The notes beneath the pieces were generated by a model. It ran no database searches. It had not been told where the DNA came from and saw only the letters and a program-made list of their open reading frames with translations. Below, one piece after another: positions 63,806 to 64,000 of a stretch of DNA of 64,000 nt. Each line of letters opens with the position of its first letter. The stretch's first letter is position 1. The translations under genes and the position numbers were made by a program. Origin of the DNA: Neodothiora populina (taxonomy: Eukaryota); contig NW_027191413.1 in assembly GCF_041146345.1 (NCBI RefSeq), forward strand, positions 2,542,001 to 2,606,000, written 5' to 3'.

Positions 63806-64000
63806 ACATGGCGCTTGCAACCGCACGCCATCCCAACCCGACAGTGGTTGTTATCAGGTGTCAGCAGGCACCAAGGATTGCTCACTAAGGTCCAACCATA
63901 GCATGACTGCCATTACTTATGCTGCATCGGCGATTGATGATTATGATACCTCTTTTGATACAGACAAATGAAAAGCAGAACTGGCCATCATTCAACACCC

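Noticed and set aside
1..64000. tRNA, rRNA, transposon or CRISPR features
   Set aside because: No cloverleaf or T-loop context, rRNA signature, transposase/RT ORF, terminal repeats or repeat-spacer array was recognised. A tRNAscan/Infernal run would be needed to exclude small RNAs.

Overview
Gene-dense, intron-containing eukaryotic DNA from a filamentous ascomycete. GT..AG introns are about 45-155 nt with CTRAC/CTAAC branch points; a Dothideomycete-like host is my inference. I can reconstruct about 25 protein-coding genes, mostly housekeeping: NPY1 (5'-partial), an AA11 LPMO, a DUF3433-type membrane protein, RPL4, U1-70K/SNP1, MRPL51, TPI1, an ADF-H/PH-like scaffold, LAS1, TRS31, a DUF2263 (bacterial-type PARG-like) protein, SWD2, OAC1, PAL, TRK, a CDA-fold deaminase, five consecutive mitochondrial genes (unknown, IMG1, Mmc1-like, EHD3, TUF1), a RING gene missed by the ORF track, an ankyrin protein, an Opi1-like factor, an SRPBCC protein and TAF11. 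I recognised no tRNA, rRNA, transposon or CRISPR. The most notable signals are: (1) a nested splice-signal cassette in the last U1-70K intron that predicts a frameshifted, NMD-type isoform; (2) two genes each interrupted by a single in-frame stop (DUF3433 TAA, RING TAG); (3) a His-rich tail after a Kex2-type site on the LPMO; (4) a PAL with His-Gln selectivity residues outside any cluster; (5) the mitochondrial gene run. All family calls come from motif recognition by eye; no database searches were run.
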